Under the pieces are notes generated by a model. It had not been told where the DNA came from and did no database searches. It saw only the letters and a program-made list of their open reading frames with translations. Below, in pieces: positions 54,800-64,000 of a DNA stretch of 64,000 bases. Source of the stretch: Guillardia theta CCMP2712 (lineage: Eukaryota > Protista > Cryptophyta); assembly GCF_000315625.1 (NCBI RefSeq), contig NW_005434656.1:104164-168163 (forward strand), read 5' to 3'. Made by a program: the position numbers and the translations under genes. Each line of letters begins with the position of its first letter. Within the stretch, counting starts at the first letter, position 1.

Positions 54800-55818
54800 T
54801 GATTTCACACTCCCTGCCTTCTCCCTCCTTCTCATCGCCTTCCTTGTTCTTTCCAACCCTTTGCTCCTTCCTTTTCGCTAGTTCACTTCCTCTCAGGCTA
54901 TTGTGGGCAGCTCAGCAGCCATCAGGATCGACGTAGAGGACAAGAATCAGCAGACGGTCATGACCCTTCCCCTTCCGTGCCTTTTTTCACTCCCTCCTCC
55001 TGTGTCTCTTCTATCCTCCCCCCCCCCTCATCTTCTTCCTTTCCTCTCCTCCCTCCATTCCCCTTCCTCCTCCTCTTCCCATTTTCTCTGTCCCCCTTGC
55101 TACATCCCCCCCCCCTTTCTCCTCCTCCTCACCATTGCTTCAGCTCTCTTCTATTTGGTATGGCAGGTATCTCAACCAGGCAAGTCTTCCCTTCTTCTCC
55201 ACTCTTCTCCTTCTCTTCTCCCTCCCTCTCACTCCTCCTCCATCCTACTAGACACCTCCCGGATCTCCTCTTCCTGCTCGACCTCCTTACCATCAACTTC
55301 GCTCCTCATCCTGCTCGTGCTCCTGCTCCTCCTCTTCCACCTACATTCTCCTCCTCATGATCAGCAGGCCGTCGGTGTTGCCACCGCCGCCATGGCCATG
55401 GAGCTGCTGGAGCTTCAGGGCCTGCCGGCAGGAGTTTTCTACCCTGAGGAGCTCGAGATGATCGCGCCTGGTCGAGAAGAGGTGCCTCCCCCTCCCCCTC
55501 CCCCTTCCTGCTCCTCCTCCCCCTTTCCGTTTTCCTCCCTCCTGCTCCTCCTCCCCCTTTCCGTTTTCCTCCTGTTCCCTTCCTGCTCCGTCCTCTGCCC
55601 TCCCCATCCTCTTTCCATTTCTTCCCCCTCCCTCCCCAGACTCTTTGCCCCCTCCTCCGCGTTTCTCGTTCTTCTCCTCCTCCCAGTCCCCTCTCGTCCT
55701 CTTTCTCTCGCAGCAAGCTGAGGGGTATCAGGTGTTTCTTGCTCGGGCGAGTAAGGACGGCAAGACCAACAGGGAGAGGGCGGCGGACGCAGCAGCGGCG
55801 ACGATGGAAGGACGATGA
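51239..55818 (+). CDS. Plastid-targeted fusion: ClpS-like adaptor + saccharopine-dehydrogenase-like NAD(P) oxidoreductase (spans the gap; 3' end approximate)
   Basis: Presequence ...AMPCAA-FTLSS. ClpS-like VVVNDDKEHYVDEVVKII...MQIGRKGSAIVYMGSKEDCE. Then RPRVTLIG|GTGRVG, DLVIHTAG|PFQ, YMDVCDD, CGIYPG|VSNVMA, RFSYFTA|GTGGVGGTILASTFMLL, FATAPEFWN and GVFYPEE. Confidence 0.78.
53735..53834. other. Assembly gap (100 N)
   Basis: Run of N. Confidence 1.
54243..54446. repeat. (CTG/CCG/GTG)n trinucleotide array inside an intron
   Basis: Lies between donor gtacc at ~54240 and acceptor 'gccgcag' at ~54521. Confidence 0.85.
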
Positions 55819-56173
55819 TCATGGAGGCTGTGAGAGGAAAAGGGTGAGAAGAAGAACAAGGACGGGAGACTGGAGAGACAATGAGAGGAGGGGAGAAGTG
55901 AGAGCAGGAAGGAAAGCAAAAGAAGGAGATTGAGAGACAAGTACAACAACGTTGCAAACATAAAAAGACAGGCGATGAGGACCATGACATGGCAGGGAGA
56001 CCTTGGACTTGTTTTGTTCTTGTGCCACCTTCACGGCTGACTCCATCTTCTTGCATTCTTTGAGGAGAGTGAGAAAACAGCCTCAGAAAATTTCCATTCC
56101 ATATCTCCCCCAGCCCTCCTACATCTCTACCCGTCCCCGTTTCCTCCCTCTCCCCCTCTCTTCCCCCCTCCGT

Positions 56174-56232
<59 letters not shown>

Positions 56233-56234
56233 AC

Positions 56235-58860
56235 CTCTCCGAAGAAGGTCGATCAAGGATTCTGCATCCTTCCATCGCTTCTCTGCGACGTTTCTGCTTC
56301 CTCCATCACTACCAACAGCACCACTCATCATCCTCGTCGACCTGAGTCTTGTCTGAACCTCCAGATCTTGTTCCAGCTGTCTCGATCGCATCAGGGACGA
56401 TGCGAGCGCTGCCTCTGCTTCACTAGCTGTCGAAGGTGTCAAAGTGAGGAAGAGAAGGATTCGATGACTTGAACTTCTCTCCTGTTTTTCCTCTCTGCTT
56501 TCCATAACTTTCACCATCTACCGTATCTTTCTTTCTTTCCACAACTTGCTTTCTTCAGGTATACTTCTTCTCTCTGCTGTTCTGTTCTGTTCTGTTCTGT
56601 TCTGTTCTGTTCTGTTCTGTTCTGTTCTGTTCTGCCCTCGTCTCGCATTCCAACCTGGGTCTTTCTCTCGAGATGTGGCAGCTGACAAGCTCGGCGTGAC
56701 ATCCTGTTGAGCTGCATCGAACAATGTTTCATCAAGTGACCAGCAAAAGCTATAACATCTGCAACCTCGCTTTCCTTCGGACTGACAAACAACGGTCAGT
56801 TCTCATGACACGAGAGATTTCACCTACCTTTGAAGTTTCACTTTGAGCTTTTGACCTCTCGGCATCTGACAGCTCCTGAAATTTTCATCAGTTCCTCTCC
56901 TTGTCTAATCTCACGGAAAGTACCGTCTGAGCTTTCTCTGATCTGACTTTGTCTTTGACAGCATTCTTGTCGTCGTTCTCGCTCATCAGCTCTTTTCGCT
57001 CTCCAGCTTCACAATACATCACGCCAAGTAGCAACGGGAAGACACAAATCACATTGATCGTCTGTTGAAGTAGACGTTTCTTGCACACTCTTCTTCTGAT
57101 TGACTCTCAATGCCATGTGAATACAATATGACTCACTCACCTCATCAACCTTCCCTTTATGCTCATATTCTTTCATCGCGCTCTGCAAAGAATGAACCAA
57201 TCAGAATATCGACCAATCAATCGCCATCATCATACTCGTCGTCATGGTTATCATCGTCACCACCACCACCACCATCGTCGTCGTCATCATCATTACGATC
57301 ACCATCAACATCACCATCATCATCATCATCACCATCGTCATCATCGTCATCATCGTCATCATCACGATCGTCATCGTCAACGTCATCCCACCTCCAGCCG
57401 AAGAACTTTCCGTCGAAGATTCGCCTCACTCTGAAGTAAGGGTTTTTCTCACCAACCACGTCTTGAGGTTCATCACAATCTCAAGTTGTCACCTCCATGT
57501 ATTGATTGCGAGCTTTCGTCATATTTGCCAGCTTGTCAAACCAAGATTGTCAATCCAAATCGCTTCAGGCGCTGCTGACGTCATACCTCCTCCTTCAAGC
57601 TCTCTTTAGTGACAGTGAGGAACGAATTCTCCCCTTCCAGTCTCTCTGTGAGATGAATGTGAGCGTGCAAGAGTCAGCGTTATGATGTAGCAATACTGAT
57701 GAGAAGGTCTTTTTGACTGAGCTCGAACAATCGCTGCTTGTTCGAATCTTCCAGCGCCATTTGCAGCCTGACAACTCGCAAATCACTCCGCGCAGTGCTA
57801 GTCACACATCGTACGCATCGGAAGCGCTCTCGAGCTTGACGAGCCGATCTTTTGCAAAGGAGTAGAAGGATCAAGACATGATGGAGCTTCAAGAAACATC
57901 TGCACCTTCTAGCAGATTGCAATAGTTCAGGTAAACGTCAGAAGCTTGCTCCTCCATCTGACTGCACAAATGTTCACATGTCCTGTCAGCCCTCAAGACA
58001 GAACAACCTCGCATGCACTCGTTCAAGATCGCGATAAGCTCGAAACGCAATATCTTGCAGCTGCGAAAGGATCTTGGAAGGAATGTTCGACCGCCCGTCT
58101 CCTCTTGGTGCTTGCTGCTGTACATGAGCAACCGCAAGAAGCAGAGTCAACCACCTTCTCGGCCTCCTCCTCCTCTCGTCTTGCAGGCTGTGAAGACAAG
58201 GAAGGTCCCTGATACGGCAGCATCACGTCTCCGCTGCTTCCTCCTCCTCCTCCTCCTCCTCCTCCTCAACCTTATCTTTCAGATGCTTCAGCTCCATCTC
58301 CAGGAACTTGACTTGTTGTCGAAGTTCTCGCATGTACCTGACAGACCAGATCCTCAGATCTCTGATCATCTCCTCTTTCTTTCACTCACTCCTTCTCCAC
58401 CATGCTGACCGCTGTCTGGGTCGGACACTTCTCAAACCGGACCGCGTCTCCCACCATGCTTTCCATCGACTTCCGAATCTCTTGCTTCATGGGCAAGCTG
58501 CTGCGGGAGGCTCATGCGATCTGAACCCTCCTCCCATCGTCTTTCTTGCAGTCTTGTCAGGAGGCATCGTCCCGCTTCTTGGAGGAACAACAGCTGCCAT
58601 TTCTCGCTGCAAAACATCGATATCACTGAGAATTCCGCTGAATGTTCAACCCTCATCAAGGATTTACACCCTTCATCCTATCATCCGTCTTGGTCTCCTG
58701 ACTGGTTCGAATTCTTACAAGCACCAAATGTCGTCTGCTTTGATTCCTCTAGTTTGCGTTCAAGCAGCTTAAAACAACTTGTGTTTGTTCCACTAATTCG
58801 TAACTGTCCTCCATGGATTTGGTCTTCGCTTGTGCAGATTCTAGTCTCCATCCACTTCAT
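56235..58860 (-). CDS. Multi-exon coiled-coil protein of unknown function (ends approximate)
   Basis: Heptad-rich segments (LQMALEDSNKQRLFELSQKD, RSRQLEQDLEVQTRL) joined by short introns. Confidence 0.45.
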
Positions 58861-59253
58861 GACTCCTCCTCATTCTTGTTGACACACGAGACACAACTCT
58901 GACTTTTCCTCCTCCTCATTCTGCTCCTTCTCCTCCTCCTCCTCCTCTCCTTCGTCCTACCCTTCCCTCCCACACTGCATGGGCCGACATATTGTCCGGC
59001 CGGAAAATCTTATTGCTCAATTTAAGAGACAAACATTAAGTTAATGCTATTATATGAAATTAACATTAATATTACCCATAATAAGCTTAAAATAACGAAA
59101 ATTAACACTGATAATAAAATATTAATATTATTTTCACGAATTTTCGCGTTGAAATTGCCCAACCAATCCAAGAATGGCGGCCGCGACCGAAACTGGAGCA
59201 GAGGAACAGCGAAGACGATGAAGACGATGAAGACGATGAAGACGATGAAGACA

Positions 59254-59960
59254 ATGGCTATGAATCGAAAGAGGACAAGAGCTGGCATGACTAACATGTT
59301 GATCTTGTTGATACTTGGGAGTGTGAGCAAAATAGCATGTTGGTCGGTGATTGTGGACTCCTCGGGTTTCCTTCCTTCTAGCCGCCTGTCTATCAGGACG
59401 AGAACGCAAGTCGATCATGCCGCATGCTCTCTTGCTCCTCGACGAGTCTCTCTCTCTCTCCCTAGAGTCTGCATGAATGTCGAGCAAGAGCCGTCGCCAG
59501 CGTCACATGTGCTGGGCACTCCGAGGGAAGGAGACTCGGTAGTCTGAAGAGGGAGGAGGAAGATGGGCTGACGGCAAGAGCAGAGCTCTCCTCTTCGTGC
59601 TAGGGCTCTTGACGAAGCTTTGAGAAGGCTGGGGGAGGTGAGGAGGAGAGAGGACTCGAAGATGGAGAGTGGGAAGAAGAGGACAGGGATATAGAAAGAT
59701 TGAGAGCTCCGGCTGGAGATGAGATGAGAGGATGATATGATCGCAGAACCCTGAAGATATTCTGTCCGACATGTTTCAGGGAACTCCAGCAAAACGAGCA
59801 TACATGAGGTTTGCTGTCGTCAGCTGCTCGAGAGTTTTGACACATCAGCATCAGTTATGTGAATCCGAGGGCAAACAGGACGCCCAACAATGTTGAGACC
59901 ATGGAGGAGAGCGCAGCCCGGACGGCAAAGCAGGTGAATTAAGATGATGATGCTGTGACA

Positions 59961-60022
<62 letters not shown>

Positions 60023-60300
60023 CATGGTGGTGATGGTGATGGTGGTGGTGATGGTGATGGTGGTGGTGGTGGTGGCGAGGGCAACGGGTTGAAGGATCGT
60101 TGCTTGCAGGTTTCGTTTCTCATGCGTGAGCACCGAGCGACACTCGCAGACTATTTGAGGAACGTCGACGCTGCTAGACAAGAGCAGGAAAGCTTGGGAT
60201 TAGAACCACATCCCATCACACTGGTCGGTCTAAGTGAAACACTGCTGACAGTAAAAGTAGTGGTGGTTGTGGTGGTGGTGGTGGTGATGATGATGATGGA

Positions 60301-60345
<45 letters not shown>

Positions 60346-60748
60346 TATGATTACGATGATGATGATAATAACAATGATGATAGCGATGAAGAGGTCTACA
60401 TGGAGGATGATTGTGACAAAGATTCTGATGATGATCATTCCAGGTTCTTGACAACGTCAGATCAGTTTACAACGTGGGAAGCATTTTCGGACAGGCGAGA
60501 CCGCACGAGTGAAAGAGGTCTTCAGTGTCTCCTTGATTGTGTTTGTGTTTTCTCATCTCATCAGCTGCCGATCAACAGGTTGTGACTTGCGGGTTTACTC
60601 CCCATCCTCCGCATGAGAAGCTGTCCAAGACAGCTCTCTCTGCCATTGAGTTCGTTCCTTCCCGTCACTTTGAAACTACTGCAGAAGCTATCAGGGTAGA
60701 AGTTGATGAAATGATTGTTATTTCGATGGTGGGGGAAGAGAGAGGAGA

Positions 60749-60820
<72 letters not shown>

Positions 60821-61539
60821 CGACGACGACGACGATGATGATGATGATGATGGATGATGATGATGATGACGACGACGATGATGATAATGATGATGGATGT
60901 TGATGATGATGACAACGACGATGATGATAATGATGATGGATGTTGATGATGACGACGATTATTCGCAGGTGTTGAAGAGTGAGGGGGTTCACATCATCGG
61001 GATGGAGACAACTTCTCGCAGCAAGAGCTATGTTCGTCTCTCGTATCCTCAACCTTGCGCTCTCGTCCTCGGCAACGAGCTCACAGGGATCTGCACTCAG
61101 GTGATGAGATTTCAGATGAAGATTTCAAAATTGTTCAGTTGAAGATTTGAAAGTGCTGATTGAAGATCTGAAAGTGCAAATGAAATTCTGACTGTGATTG
61201 CACTTGTTGAGACGATACGATCAAAGTCTGAAAATATCAGTGCCCATTTTGTTCAGGATGACTTGTCTTGTCTTCGTGATTGTGAACTTTTACCATCTTG
61301 TTGCAAGTTGTTGCAAGTGTGTTCCACCAATATCATCTTTAACATGTTTATGTGATTGTCTTGCAGGTAATGCAGGATTGCGACGAGCTTGTTGAAATCC
61401 CAACCTTCGGCGTGAAGGTACGAACAACTTTCAACTCTCATCTCCTTTTGCTCACTTGACGCACAAGAACTCGCTCAACGTTGCGTCAGCCTGTCCAGTC
61501 GTTGTGTTCGAGGTGCTCCGACAGTGGGGAAAGATGTGA
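59254..61539 (+). CDS. SpoU/TrmH-family RNA 2'-O-methyltransferase with an organelle-type presequence; apparent 1-nt frameshift
   Basis: VLDNVRSVYNVGSIF, TCGFTPHPPHEKLSKTAL, ALVLGNELTGI and VEIPTFGVKNSLNVASA...FEVLRQW. The frame breaks at ~60484-60488. Confidence 0.85.
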
Positions 61540-61779
61540 AGGACAAGCAAGAGGAGGAAGAAGAGGAGGGGCAGAGTAAGAGAGGAGGAGCAGGATGAGG
61601 ACGAGGAGCGACGAAGGAAGGAAGGAGGAAGAGGAGGAGCAGGCAGAAGGAACGAATGGGGGTCAGCAGGGAGGCGGGGAAGAGAAGTGAAGGAGGAGGA
61701 GGATCTCGTTGGTTGTAACATGTGCTTTTATGTCTCATCGTAACGTCGTTGCCGCCAACTTGTCATGTCTCGATGTCAA

Positions 61780-64000
<2,221 letters not shown>

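Noticed and set aside
54141-54881. Poly-Ala antifreeze/silk-like or poly-Leu/Ser ORFs
   Set aside because: Intronic trinucleotide array between oxidoreductase exons.
57159-57459. His-rich metal-binding protein (also 60230-60454 and 63698-63976)
   Set aside because: Translations of (CAT/GAT)n microsatellites in introns.
59022-59330. Small membrane protein on the minus strand
   Set aside because: Hydrophobicity comes from the AT-rich island and a 9-bp (gaagacgat)n repeat; it overlaps the SpoU start in antisense.

Overview
Gene-dense eukaryotic nuclear DNA, not prokaryotic. It has very short (about 45-70 nt) GT-AG and some GC-AG introns, microsatellite-filled introns and bipartite 'signal peptide + AxA-F' plastid presequences. 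These point to an alga with a complex red plastid, most likely a cryptophyte such as Guillardia (inference). The ORF track fragments most genes, so I spliced the models by hand. About 22 protein genes can be traced: an SNM1/Apollo-type nuclease, an FN3-like protein, SPRYD7, ELP5, an IQ-ankyrin-PDZ scaffold, a plastid TIC62-like SDR, a lumenal DUF4864-like protein, HGH1, D2HGDH, a TPR protein, a NIPA Mg2+ transporter, an NlpC/P60 peptidase, a secreted LysM protein, a GT2, an RNF141-like RING ligase, a SNF1-like kinase, a YeeE/YedE transporter, a ClpS/oxidoreductase fusion, a SpoU methyltransferase and several unknowns. There is also a copia remnant, tandem repeats and a 100-N gap. The main leads appear only after splicing: (1) a SNF1/AMPK-like kinase fused in frame to a CBM25-like starch-binding module; (2) a plastid-targeted ClpS adaptor fused to a saccharopine-dehydrogenase-like oxidoreductase; (3) a micro-exon NlpC/P60 peptidase next to a secreted LysM protein and a bacterial-type GT2. 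No rRNA, tRNA or CRISPR is evident. Family calls come from remembered motifs, not database searches, and several gene ends are approximate.
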